DNA of 64,000 nt from the NCBI GenBank assembly GCA_951406725.2, contig OX597829.1, forward strand, positions 7,254,001-7,318,000, given 5' to 3'. Made by a program: the position numbers and the translations under genes. Source of the DNA: Octopus vulgaris (taxonomy: Eukaryota). This document shows positions 29,087 through 41,528 of the stretch, piece after piece. Under the pieces are notes generated by a model that was not told the DNA's origin, did not search any database, and was given only the letters and a program-made list of their open reading frames with translations. Position 1 is the stretch's first letter; every line of letters starts with the position of its first letter.

Positions 29087-30017
29087 GGCTATTTGAAAAC
29101 GTTATGAAAAAATATACCGTTAAAAATGAAGGGAAATTACTCTGTTATAACTCTGCTTTGCCTGCGTACTTATACATCGCTCGCATTTTTCGTCATAAAA
29201 ATTATATAAAAATACATAAAAATATATAAAAATATATAAAAATATATAAAATCTTCTTGGGACATAACACAGAAAGCATGTTCTATCCGTTTTCTTTAGG
29301 GGACCAAAAACGTAACAGAAATTTAGTCACATGTGGGCATGATCCGAAAAGTTCTGTCCTTGTATTTAGACATGTGGTAGGGTCTAAGCTGCTTTTCCAG
29401 ATAAGCCATCTCTCCATGTCGCATAAACCGCACCTTCCGCTGCCGTTAGTATAGGGCTTACATCTGGCCAAAATCTTCCATTGTATGTTATAATCGACAC
29501 CTTTATCTCTTAATGACCAAATATGATTGGATAATTGTGTCGCTTTTCTTTTGTTCCAGTGCGACACAATTATCCAATCATATTTGGTCTTTAAGAGATA
29601 AAGGTGTCGATTATAACATACAATGGAAGATTTTGGCCAGATGTAAGCCCTATACTAACGGCAGCGGAAGGTGCGGTTTATGCGACATGGAGAGATGGCT
29701 TATCTGGAAAAGCAGCTTAGACCCTACCACATGTCTAAATACAAGGACAGAACTTTTCGGATCATGCCCACATGTGACTAAATTTCTGTTACGTTTTTGG
29801 TCCCCTAAAGAAAACGGATAGAACATGCTTTCTGTGTTATGTCCCAAGAAGATTTTATATATTTTTATATATTTTTATATATTTTTATGTATTTTTATAT
29901 AATTTTTATGACGAAAAATGCGAGCGATGTATAAGTACGCAGGCAAAGCAGAGTTATAACAGAGTAATTTCCCTTCATTTTTAACGGTATATTTTTTCAT
30001 AACGTTTTCAAATAGCC

Positions 30018-30080
30018 AGATAACCGAAGAGATGGTGTTGTGGATTTCCACTTCGGCATCTGAAACTCAGAGTTTTATCT
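30018..30080 (+). ncRNA. Type I hammerhead (U4C variant), right-arm copy
   Basis: agataa-CCGAAGA-gatg-loop-catc-t-GAAA-ctc-a-gag-TT-ttatct; 6-bp helix I; ~200 nt downstream of the Penelope stop codon. Confidence 0.7.
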
Positions 30081-30316
30081 TGACTACCGAGTAATGTAAC
30101 ATATTGTATAGATAAATTTCCTCTATTTACATAATATTGAGGTCTCTTTCTTTCTTTTGTTATCTTACCGTTTTATCAATATATATATATATATATATAT
30201 ATACATGCATATATATACATGTATATGTATACATGTAATATGTACACATATATATACACATATATACATGCATACATATATACACCATTACACACATAGC
30301 CCCCACACACATACAT

Positions 30317-30700
30317 CGGTGCAGGTGTGGTTGTGTGGTTACAAACTTGGTTCCAAAACACACGGTTCTCACTTCAGTCCCAGTGTTTGGTAACTTGGCA
30401 TGTGTCTTCTGCTATAGCCTCAGACCAACCAAAGCCTTGTCAGTAGACAGAAACTGAAAGAAATCAATTGTATATATGTAAGTATATGTGTGTGTCTTTA
30501 TCTTTCTCCCACATCACTGCTTCACAACTGGTGTTCGTTTATTTACATCCCCATAACTTACTGGTTTCACAAGACGAAACTGATAGAATAAGTACCAGGC
30601 TTATCAAAATAAAAAAAATAACACTAGGCAGTGTCTCATATTTTTCTTTGCCCACTCAGTTGTATCTATCAATTTATCTTTGTGTGTGTGTGTGTGTTTC

Positions 30701-30735
<35 letters not shown>

Positions 30736-31425
30736 TGTGTGTGTGAGTGTGTGTGTGTGTGGATTTCGTAGACAGGAACTGAAACAAATCAATCGTATAT
30801 ATATATATGTATATATGTAAATGTATGAGTGGGTCTTTGTCTCTGTGTTTCGCCCTCATCACTGCTTCACAACTGCTGTTCATTTATTTACATCCCCATA
30901 ACTTACTGGTTTCACAAGAACAATCTAATAGAATAAGTACCAGGCTTATCAAAATAAAAAAAATAACACTTGGCAGTGTCTCATATTTTTCTTTGCCCAC
31001 TCAGTTGTATCTATCAATTTATCTTTGTGTGTGTGTGTGTGTTTCTGCGTGTGTGTGTGTTTCTGCGTGTGTGTGTGTTTCTGCGTGTGTGTGTGTGTGT
31101 GTGTGTATCTATATATATATATATATATATATATATTGTGTGTGTGAGTGTGTGTGTGTGTGGATTTCGTAGACAGGAACTGAAACAAATCAATCGTATA
31201 TATCTATATGTATATATGTAAATGTATGAGTGGGTCTTTGTCTCTGTGTTTCGCCCTCATCACTGCTTCACAACTGCTGTTCATTTATTTACATCCCCAT
31301 AACTTACTGGTTTCACAAGAACAATCTAATAGAATAAGTACCAGGCTTATCAACATAAAAGAAAAGCACTAGGCTGTGTCTCATATTTTTGTTTGCCTAC
31401 TCAGTTGGATCTATCAATTTATCTT

Positions 31426-31440
<15 letters not shown>
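30317..31440 (+). repeat. SINE family B followed by tandem triplication of SINE body + flank (~350-400 bp units)
   Basis: catcactgcttcacaactg...aataagtaccaggcttatc...gtctcatattttt...tctatcaatttatctttgtg recurs at ~30510, ~30860 and ~31260. Confidence 0.88.
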
Positions 31441-31467
<27 letters not shown>

Positions 31468-31468
<1 letters not shown>

Positions 31469-32783
31469 CACCCTAATGGGAGCCTTAACTCCTAAATGTT
31501 GGTCATTTCTATTATGATCGAAAACTAGGTCAAAAATACTGAATGGATCTCTATGAAATTTGGAAATTATGTTCTATGTATAAGGGCCATAACCCCCATG
31601 ACAATTCATATATTTTTCCTGTTGATAAAATTTTAACCATAGATATTAGACACAAATGAAGTAATATTTATAAAATTTCATCTTCTTACAAGTTAGAAAG
31701 ACCCCACCATGGAGACTTAACACCCACAATTTTGTCCTTTTATCTAATCAAAAACGAATACAGTTGTGCTCTTGGAAGCTGTGGGGCTACCCGATCATAA
31801 AAGATGAGCATTATTTGTAATTCAATGGTACAACAGTGTAACAGTTTGCTTTCACATACACTTAAATTGTGATTTCAGCAATGTGCTGCATAAATTGTCA
31901 AGTAAATGAGAGGCATCTTTGCCTCCACTGATTCAGTTGCAAAGTGTTGAGTAAAGTTATTTGAATGCAGACCTCCTTTCAGTCTTTTTATTATCACTCG
32001 GTCACACATAGTCCCCAGATGATAACATTGATTTCAAGGCCTTTCCAGGTGAGTGACTGGTTATTCAAAGACGTTTATAGATTTCAAATTTATTCTGTCC
32101 AGTTACGTATCAGTATAGTGGCCATTTGCAAACTCCAGAGGTGACACTTTAATTTCTCCTTAGCCCTCACGTCACACCGTTGTTAATGTTTATTTCAGTT
32201 GGGTCACGCCCTTCCAATTGCTATTTATTCGTAATGCATCTTACGGCTGTGCCTGTCACCTGGATGGTGAGGAATCCTATATTGGGAATGGTAACGACTA
32301 GGGTAAGGTAGATGACTGCTTATTGTGATCATTTGTCTTTTGGTTTCCTGTAGCTTTGCTCTCTTTTACAAACCCAGTGAACATATATTTCCTATTTCAA
32401 AGAAATTCAAACAATAGATATAAGAACCAAGCTAAAAAGATTCTCAACAATTCAACTTCTCTGGTTGACATTAAGATGCCCACCCCCCAAAAGGGGCCTT
32501 AACTCTCACATTTTAGAGCTCCATGACCTTCATTTTTCAGGAGTAAAATCCTTTTAACACGTTCGATAAGACTGGAATTTTGGAATATGCGCATAAAAAT
32601 CATTAGTATGGGATACATGTGGAACGATTACAATTTTTTAGGGTGTGTAAAAAGGGAAATAACCCTCATCTGCAATTTTGATGAAATTCGAAACAGATAT
32701 TCCAGTTCATTACAGAAAATATAACAGAAAAGTGTAATTCTTCAATTCCATGTAACATGAGCAATGCCGGGTATCTCTGCTAG
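31468..32783 (+). mobile_element. Helitron-like element 3' part
   Basis: Ends gagcaatgccgggtatctctgCTAG|T, a GC-rich subterminal segment plus CTAG. Internal short repeats of ccttaactc. Confidence 0.55.
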
Positions 32784-33292
32784 TATATTATATAATTCAT
32801 ATAATATAATACATATATATTAAGGCGATATTCCAGCACCACCGCAGTCTAATGCTAAAACAAGTAAATATATATATATATATATATATATATACACTAG
32901 TCAATGCACACCTGCGCACAGTCATATAGAAATATATACTAAAGAATCTACTTTTATATGTTCATACAGTCAGGGTATATAGAGACGGTTCATGAACACT
33001 CGGGTGCAGTTATAGAAAGAGAAATAAAAACATACATGTGTATAAAAAACAAAAACAATTGAATATTAATGAAAACGACGGGGAAATTAGACGGGCAAGT
33101 ATGATGGACATGCATTTATGGATACGGATATAGGTGTATGTAGATGCGTGTGGGGGTGGTGGGTGTATATAGTCCAAGCTACATTTATAATGTACTTGTA
33201 TCCACAATGAAATATACAAATGCGCACAACCGTGTACCCATATATACATATACATACGCACATATGCACATATATATGTGTGTATAAATATA

Positions 33293-33331
<39 letters not shown>

Positions 33332-33344
33332 GTGTGTGTGTGTG

Positions 33345-33389
<45 letters not shown>

Positions 33390-33390
<1 letters not shown>

Positions 33391-33545
33391 GGCTCAGTAT
33401 TGGCTGTGTGGTATGAAGCTTGCTTCATACATGGTTCCAGGTGCAGTTCCACTACGTGACACTAAGAAGAAGTGTCTTCCTACAGCCTCGGTCCGAGTAA
33501 AGCCTTGTGTGTCGATTTGGTAGACATTAAATAAAAGACGACTCT
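33390..33545 (+). mobile_element. SINE family B head
   Basis: ggctgtgtggtatgaagcttgcttc...ggttccaggtgcagttccactacgtg...gccttgtgtgtcgatttggtagac. Confidence 0.75.
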
Positions 33546-33674
33546 AGTGTGTGTATGTGTATATATATATATATATATATATTAATAAAAATAAGGGTAG
33601 CAAAAGAATTCTAGAAAAAATTCTCCGCTACCAGCGGTCTAGTGAGAAAGAAAAGATAGTCAAAGACTATATAA

Positions 33675-33908
33675 TATACATTCAACAATATAAGGAATGG
33701 CCCTGATAGGCCATTCGACTCACTAGAAAAAGCAGCCAAACTCCAAACCACTAATAGTTGTAATTCTGAAATTACAATTTCAGAATTACATCTATTTAGC
33801 GGTTTGAGTTTGGCTGCTCTTCGACTATTTAGCGGTTTGAGTTTGGCTGCTCTTTCTAGTGAGTCGAATGGCCTATCAGGGCCATTCCTTATATTGTTGA
33901 ATGTATAT
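33675..33908. repeat. Imperfect palindrome with internal ~29-bp tandem duplication
   Basis: atacattcaacaatataaggaatggccctgataggccattcgactcactagaaa... mirrored by ...tttctagtgagtcgaatggcctatcagggccattccttatattgttgaatgtat; centre tgtaattctgaaat-tac-aatttcagaattaca. Confidence 0.9.
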
Positions 33909-34379
33909 ATATATACTTACACACGCACGCATATACACACGCATATATATATGTGTGTGTGTGTGTGTATGTGTGTGTGTGTGTGTGTATGTGTGTGTCA
34001 AATGACTAAAATAAAAAGAAAGAAAAAGAATGCATATATATATATATGTGTGTGTGTGTGCGCGCGTATGTATACATCCGCACACATGCATGCACTTACA
34101 TGCGTACATATACGTATGTATATATAAATAGACTCTCACGCACGCACGCTTGTGTGTATATATGTGCACACATATGTATACATATTCATATATACACATA
34201 GATGCATAAACTCAGACAAAAAAAAAAGTACCACGTGTTTGTGTGCGTGTGGTACGTGTGTGTGCGTGCGAAGGCTTTTAGCATGGCTGTTTCCGTTTTA
34301 CAAGCAATCCGTAAGTAGTGTTTTACAGGTTTCATTCGGGTCCCTGCGGTATTAATATTGGATATATTGATGCTTGTTA

Positions 34380-35480
34380 TCTGTCTCAGCAGAAATACTT
34401 TTGGGAGGTGGGTGAGCTACAACTAGTCTGCCTAACATTATTTAGATTCCGCTGCTGATCTTGGCGATTGGATTCATTCATGAGACGCATGAGTCTGTGT
34501 CAGGGTCAATGGTAGTTGGTGCCTGGTTATTATATATCGATGGAACTACATATTTAAGTCGTTTAGTATCGTTTAGGTTAAGCTTATTAGTTCTACCGAT
34601 GTCATCTCCTTGGTTTGGAATGTGGCGTACGATAGATTATAGGCATACTTATTAAATACTTGTTAATATTTGTGATATGGTTTGAAGATGAGAAAGAATA
34701 ACATTTAAGGTCGACATGATCTTACCTGGAGATTTTGTGAATTATACCATGTAGCTTTCTATCTTTTTCTTTTAGTGTTAGTGTAACTAGGAGTCTCAGT
34801 ACTGCTATTGCTAATAGAATTTCTGGTAACTGTAAGATTCTTAGCTTTATTCTTAGGGTCTGGGAATTTGGTGCTAAGTTCTAGAAGATATTTTTACGTA
34901 TCTAGGTGCAAAATATTCTGTTGTTGATTTATCCACACTTTCATGGCATGAAATCTTAAATTTATTTTGTGACTTGGTTCGGTACATAAATACTCTTTTT
35001 TGATGGCCGTTTCTGCTGAGAGTCTCAGTTTAATAGTAATGTACGTTGTAGTTATAAAAATTACCCTATTTGCGGATAAATTGAATACAGGGATGAATAC
35101 GTTTTTCATTATTCCTTTGATCACTGATCTCGGATGATTAGATTCAGGCTAGATGTAGTGTAAATCTTCCTGGAGCATTTGGTGAGGGTAATATAAACTT
35201 GAAGAGATGCTTACATCTAGAGAATTTACAATTTTGTTGTTTGGTTCGAATGTGAGTGAGGGATTTTCATTCTTACATACGAAGACTTGTACGGGTACGT
35301 TGTAGTTGTGAGAAGGCAGTCGGCCCTCTAACGTCCTCTTCCAACATCGATAAGTTAGATGTTAATGTTGTAGGCAATGTTCGACGAGGTCAGTAACTTG
35401 AGCAGATTCCATGAATCCCATGCTGACGCCAAAATTTCTAGGAAAAGACTCTCGCGGTCATCAGTCATCCTCAAACTCTC
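34380..35480 (-). mobile_element. Heavily decayed Penelope-like (Naiad-like) RT/endonuclease region
   Basis: NFGVSMGFMESAQVTDLVE (cf. FDVxMGSxDGAExxDLVG), GR*RADCL (cf. YRDD), VNSLDVSI, SNHPRSVIKGIMKN..NLSAN..IF. Confidence 0.65.
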
Positions 35481-35688
35481 ATGTTCTTCTCGAATTCTTA
35501 TATTTTAGGATTTTTAAACAATACTATCACTATCTGTGTTATACCAAAGTTCCGGTTTCACACATTTCATGATTGGCGTATTGTTTAATCCAATATTCTT
35601 CTACTGAGCCTACCCAGGTCTCATTTTTATGCACTAATTAACTTGATAGCAGGGCTTTCATTGAAGTTTGGCTTGAGATCATTTAGAT

Positions 35689-36300
35689 CAGCGGCTCTCA
35701 ATTGCGGCTCCCAGGACCGCATATGTTCTTAACATCCTCCTACCGGCCCTTAAAATAATTTAGAAAGTTTTCTGCATGTGGTCTAACCTCTATTACAGGC
35801 ATTGGTAAGTCAAGAAGCCACTTAGTCAACTGTTATTCATTCTTTCATCGAGGCAGTTTATCACAAGCTGTCATGGCAGAACCGCCTTCGAAGAACGCCC
35901 ATTCACTTATGCATTTTCAGTCCGATTGGGAAGTAAAATATCTTGTGATTGGAAAAGAGAAGGCATAATACCTTCTATGACCTGTGGTGTTTGAAGTCTT
36001 TTAATATTGAGAAGCCCTTTCTGCAGAATATTATCCTTACCAAAGAGAATCAAGGAAAAGAAAGTCAGAATTCTTAAAGTCAGCGCACACAAAGCAAATG
36101 AATTTCTTCAAACATGTAAGTGATTCTAAAGATGTAAGAATGGCACCAAACAGGATTAGCCATCCACTGGCTTGCTACATAAGCCGTATTCAGAAACATG
36201 CTATTGTTGTATCACTGATGAATGCACTTCTTCTAGTATTCAACAAAAACATTAAAAAATACAGCTCAACAGTTGAGTGAATATCTAGTGATGAACATTT
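35689..36300 (+). mobile_element. hAT (Charlie/Buster-like) transposon 5' remnant
   Basis: Terminus CAGcggctctcaa; decayed N-terminus MAEPPSK..HFQSDWEVKYLV...FNIEK...KQMNFFK. Confidence 0.5.
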
Positions 36301-36949
36301 CTGGCTTTTCATTAAGTCGAACGATTTTATTTGCTGTTCTATTGGTCTTTGATTGCACAAAATGCATTACCGATATAGAGCAACTAACGGTGCTCAACAG
36401 GGTAGTTACTCCAGACTTTTTGATTTACGGAGAATAAATTCTTCCCGTTGCATTCCATTCGCAAATGCGACATATAATCCATGAATTTCGTGCAACTTGT
36501 ACTTACGGCGGCACTTACATGAGATGGGTTGAGCCGACTCCGACCAGTGAGTTCCCCACATCTCTTACAAATGCTGAACACATCCAACGGTCAGCTGCAG
36601 TCGAGGATGCAATGGATATCCACTCTCGGTTTCACTGCGGAAGAAAATAGAAGCTGGGACACGACTGAGCTTCCCAAGTCCGCACTTACCGTGGCCAACC
36701 ACGTCTCCATTTGTCTTCCTGCACATTTGCTCCTACCTGGAAGGGTAGCGGGTTGACCAGCGTTCAAGCGAATACTCCACAGAGGCTGTTTGTCTCTTTA
36801 CTCTTCGTCAGTGCATTTAATATATATAGACAGGACGAGCTTCTTTTTATAATTATTAATGAACGGAACGCTACACACCTTGATGTTATTCACAATAAGT
36901 TATAGATACATATACATATATATATAAATATATATATATATATTTTTTT

Positions 36950-36951
36950 TG

Positions 36952-37024
<73 letters not shown>

Positions 37025-37176
37025 CATGCATGAATGTATGCATGTATGTATGTCTGTATGTATGTATGTATGTATGTATGTATGTATGTATGTATGTATG
37101 TATGTATGTATGTATGTATGTATGTATGTATGTATTTATGTATGTATGCATGTATGTATGTATGTTTGTGTGTTTG

Positions 37177-37207
<31 letters not shown>

Positions 37208-38160
37208 GTATGTATGTATTTATGTATGTATGTATTTATGTATGTATGTATGTCAATATGTATGCATATATGTATGTATTTATGTATGCATGTATGTATG
37301 CATGTATTTATGCATGTATGTATGTATGTATGCATGTATGTATTGTATGCATGTATGTATGTATGCGTGTATGTATGTATGCATGTATGTATGTCTATAT
37401 GTATGCATATATGTATGTATGTATGTATGCATGTATATATGAATGTATGTATGTACATATGTATGCATGTATGTATGTATGAATGTATGTATGTATGTAT
37501 GTGTTTGTGCATGTATGTATGTATGCATGTATGTATGTATGCATGTATGTATGTATGTATGTATGTATGTATGTATGTATCTATGTATGCATATATGTAT
37601 GTATATATGCATGTATGTATGTATGTACGCATGCATGCATGTATGTATACATGTATGTATGTATGTATGCATGTATATATGTATGTATGCATGCATGCAT
37701 GCATGTATGTATGTATGTATGCATGTATGTATGTATGTATGCATGTATGCATGCATTTATGTATGTATGTATGTATTCATGTATGTATGTATGTATGCAT
37801 GTATGTATGTATGTATGCTTCCATGTATGTATGTATGTATGCATGCATGCATGCATGTATGTATGTATGTATGTATGTATGTATGTATTCATGTATGTAT
37901 TATGTATGCATGTATGTATGTATGTATGCTTGCTTGCATGCATGTATGTATGTATATATGTATGTATGCATGTGTGTATATATGCATGCATGCATGTATG
38001 TATGTTTATGTATGTATGTATGCGTGTATGTATGTATGTATGTATGTATGTATGTATTGTATGTATATATGTATGTATGCATGTATGTATCCATGCATGC
38101 ATGTATGTGTTTATGTATGTATGTATGTATATGTATGTATGTGTATGTATGTATAAATAT
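36950..38160. repeat. poly-T, (TA)n and ~1.1 kb (TATG)n array
   Basis: Directly visible. Confidence 0.97.
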
Positions 38161-38599
38161 ATAAGGATATTGTTGTTTACAATAATAACAAGTGGCATAG
38201 TATGCATACAAAATACCATAAGGTCAAAATTATTAAATAATAATTAAGGGTGCTACAAATATCACCAGCACGCTAAATATAGCAGTCAGAAGACGACTGC
38301 AATCACAAATTTTCACTAATACACATTAACTGAAATCGTGGGAGTGAGCAGAAATTCTAATACCCCGTTTGTCTGGCTTTTTCAAATTAAAATTCTTTTC
38401 GTTAATGGTATTAGAGCTTAGAATTTCAGCTCATTCCACCGATTTTGATTAAAGCGTATCAGTTAATATTTGTGGTTGTAATTGTCTTATAACTGTTATT
38501 TCTATCTTGCTGGTGTTATTTGTAGTACCTTCAATTATTAATCTATATATATATAAGTTAGAAAAAACACCTTTTATCAATTCAAAATGAACAATTATA

Positions 38600-38722
38600 A
38601 GGTGGCGAGCTGGCAGAATCGTTAGCGCGCCGGGCGAAATGCTTAGCAGTATTTCATCTGTCTTTACTAACGGCGGTGCATCAGCATGGCCGCAGCTCTG
38701 AGCTGAAACTTGAAAAAAAAAA
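38600..38722 (+). mobile_element. Short chimeric SINE: family A tRNA-like head joined to a CR1-type 3' tail
   Basis: ggtggcgagctggcagaatcgttagcgcgccgggcgaaatgcttagc, then cggcggtgcatcagcatggccgcagctctgagctgaaact and poly(A). Confidence 0.72.
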
Positions 38723-38840
38723 TTAAATTGCACCATCTAGAAAATTACATAAAATAGAAATATAAAAATTAAAATAACAATAATATACCGATGATTAATA
38801 AATTGCAAAGTAATAATAAAAACGTACATATTTGGTAGAA

Positions 38841-38945
38841 TAACGACACGTGTTTCTTGGCTATATATAAGAAACGATTATAGTAAAAAAAGATAATAGT
38901 AGTAGTAAAATCACTTCGATATAAATATAGCCACTCATCAGGTAA
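38841..38945 (-). ncRNA. Type I hammerhead with long helix II/loop 2 (weak helix I)
   Basis: Minus: ttac-CTGATGA-g-tggctata...tatagcca-a-GAAA-cacgtg-TC-gtta; palindromic helix III ACACGTGT. Confidence 0.68.
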
Positions 38946-38999
38946 AAAATAAACTACAATAATAAAATAACTAATAAATATATATATATATATATAATA

Positions 39000-39395
39000 G
39001 CAGTGGCAGGAGTGGGTGTGTGGTAAGTAGCTTGGTTATCAACCACATGGTTTCGAGTTCAGTCCCACTCGGTGGCACCTTGGGCAAATGTCTTTCAATA
39101 TAGCCTCGGGCCGACCAAAGCCTTATAAGTTGATTTGGTAGACGGAAACTGAAAGAAACCCATCATATATATTATATATATATAATGTATGTGTGTGTAT
39201 ATGTTTGTGTGTGTGTCCCCAATATCGATTGACGGCTGATGCTGGTGTGTTTACTTAGCGGTTCGACAAAAGATACTGATAGAATAAGTACTAGGCTTAC
39301 AAAGAATGAGTTCTGGGGTCAATTTGCTCGACTAAAGGCAGTACCCCAGCATGGCCGCAGTCAAAATGGCTGAAACAAGTAATTGAGTAAAAGAC
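39000..39395 (+). mobile_element. SINE family B, near full length
   Basis: tRNA-like head (gtgtgtggtaag...gagttcagtccc), internal TA/TG microsatellite, tail cagcatggccgcagtcaaaatggctgaaacaagt. Confidence 0.9.
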
Positions 39396-39420
39396 ATATA
39401 TATATATATATATATATATA

Positions 39421-41528
39421 GGGAGAGTTTACGAAAAAAACAAAAGACGAAGACAGGTGGTGTACAAAACGAACAGATGTAATAGTATAACGCTCAGGAA
39501 TAGAAAAAGTCTTTTACGTTTCGAGTCTACGCTCTTCCACAGAAAGTGACAGAAAAACAAGGAGAGAAAAAATGTGTGTATCATGGCGACTAGTGCCGGA
39601 CAGAAGGGTCAAACACGAGGAGGAAAGTAGGGGAGATAACAAGATAAAGATGACCCCCCAACACAAAGGTGCGTCTATGTATATAGAGCGTATGTATGTG
39701 CGTGTGAAAGAGGGCTGGTGGTCTGGACGTGTGCGTGTATGTATGTGTAGGTGTGAAGATGTTGGGATGGGTGTGTGGGTGGTGTGTTGTGAGTAGTGTG
39801 TTGTGATGTGATATGTAATGTTGTATGGTGTAGTATGGTGTGGTGTGATGTTGTTGGGAGGTGGGGAAGGCGAGAATGGGGAAAGCGCGTGCGGGATGTG
39901 GGTTCAGCTGGGGGTTGGGGTAGAGTTGGGGTTTCTGGGTAGGCAGAGGGTGAGGGTAGAGGTGGGGTATGTGGAGGAGGGAGTGTGGGATAGGATGGGG
40001 GGATGGGAAGGATAGAAAAGGTGGAGTAGGGATGTGTAGGGGTGGGTACGTTTATGGGGGAGGGGAAAGTGGGTGTGTGAGGAGAGAGTGAGGAGATAAG
40101 AGAGAAAGAGAGTAAGACAAGACAGAAAGAGAGAAGAGAGGAAGAGAATAAGAGGGAAGAGGGAAGGAGGGGAGAGAAAGAGACTAAGAGAGAAGAGGGA
40201 AAAGGGAAGAGGGAAAGAGACTAAGAGAGAAAAGGGAAAGAGGGAAAGTGAGTAGGGGTGAAGAGAAGTAGCAGTGAAGAGAAGTAGGAGTGAAGAGAAG
40301 TAGGAGTTGGGCAAGGGAGGAGAGTTGCGTGGGAAGAAGGCGGAGGGAGGGGAGAGAGGAGAGAAAGAGAGTAAGGGAGAAAAGGGAAAGAGAGTAGGGG
40401 TTAAAAGATGTAGGAATGAAGAGAAGTAGGAGTCGGGGAGGAGGTTAGATGAAGAGGGAAGGAGGGTTGAGCCCAAATGGCGTAAAAGAACGAAGAGAGA
40501 AGATTAATCCCTGTTCACGGCGCAAACGGGTGTCCGGATGGCTTGTCTGCAAAGACAATCCGAACACAGACAGGTGTTGCAAGGAGTGACCGTTGGAGTG
40601 GAAATGGTGTGAGACTGGATCATTGCCGAGGCGGATGTCTCGGAGGTGTTCTGCGAACCAGTCAGCCAAGCGGCGTCCCGTTTGTCCGATGTACAGGAAA
40701 TGGCAGAGAGAGCAGGAGATGCAATAGGTGATATTGCTGGAGGTGCAAATGAAGGAGTCGATGATGCGATAGGGTCGATGATGGGTGCCGGTGAGGAGGG
40801 TGATGTTAGAGAGGTAAGGACAAGTGCGGCAACGTGGGCGGGAGCAGGGGAACGAGCCAGGTTGGGAGGTAGGGTTGGGGAAGAAGCTGTGGACCAAGAG
40901 GTCTCGTAGGTTGTGGGCTCGTTTGAAGGAGGGGAGGGGTCGGCTAGGGAAGAGGTGTGAAGTGGACGGGTTGGACTGGGGATGCCGGAAAGCCCGGAGA
41001 ATGGTGCGTTGGAGAGGTAGGGTGGTGGGGTGGTAGGTGAGGGGAAAAGGGAGGCGGGAGACTGCAGGGCGGGTTCGGGGGGAGAGAGCAGATGCACGGT
41101 CTACGGAACGTGCTCTGGCAAGGGCGGTGTGAATAGTGGTGAGGATATATCCACGTAGGATGAAGTGGCGAACCATGAATTGAGACTGAGTCTCAAAGTC
41201 ATGGTCGTCACTACAGAGCCTACATAGACGGAGGAATTGGGAATAAGGGATGAAAAGCTTGGTGTGTTTGGGGTGGGAGGAAGAGAAGTTTAGGTATGAG
41301 TGTGAATCTGTGTGTTTGTAGGAATGGAGGTGGTAAGAGTGGAGTGATGAATGCTGACCGAAATGTGAAGAAAGAAGTCAGAAGTGTCAGAGATAGTGCA
41401 GAATTGGAGGGCAGGATGGCAAGATTTTACGAAAGAGAGGAAGGAGTCTAGATGTTCGCGAGGGAGTGAGGTGGCACCGATACAGTCGTCAATATAACGG
41501 CCATATAGTTTGGGAGTGGGACCAGTGA
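39421..41528 (-). mobile_element. Penelope-like retroelement (Neptune-like), 5'-truncated: RT C-half, Cys-rich linker, GIY-YIG endonuclease, long 3' UTR and hammerhead-bearing end
   Basis: YGRYIDDCIG, SSSHPKHTK..IPYSQFLRLCRLCSD, LPFPLTYHP, FKRAHNLRDLLVHS, CSRPRCRTC, CTSSNITYCISC..C..LYIGQTGRRLADWFAEH, VSHHF. Confidence 0.92.
39511..39546 (-). ncRNA. Minimal type I hammerhead (A6U variant) at the 3' end of the Neptune-like element
   Basis: Minus: cttt-CTGTGGA-A-gagc-gtag-actc-GAAA-cg-TA-aaag. Confidence 0.72.

Larger units (their letters stand above)
28990..30180. mobile_element. Penelope-like (Naiad-like) 3' end duplicated as a near-perfect inverted repeat (arms 28990-29543 / 29561-30114)
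   Basis: TQLSNHIWSLRDKG..IQWKIL..PY..CGLCDMER..LNTRTELFGSCPH (GIY-YIG endonuclease C-terminus) on both strands; 17-nt spacer; flanked by (TA)n on both sides. Confidence 0.88.

Noticed and set aside
30440-31440. Repeat-spacer-like periodicity suggestive of CRISPR
   Set aside because: Units are hundreds of bp, SINE-derived, in eukaryotic DNA, with no unique spacers or cas genes.
35420-35470. Minus-strand CTGATGA...GAAA...GTC
   Set aside because: Helices I-III do not pair, and it lies inside decayed Penelope RT coding sequence; chance match.
36400-36800. GC-richer segment with several short ORFs
   Set aside because: No recognisable motif on either strand; probably an unclassified repeat.
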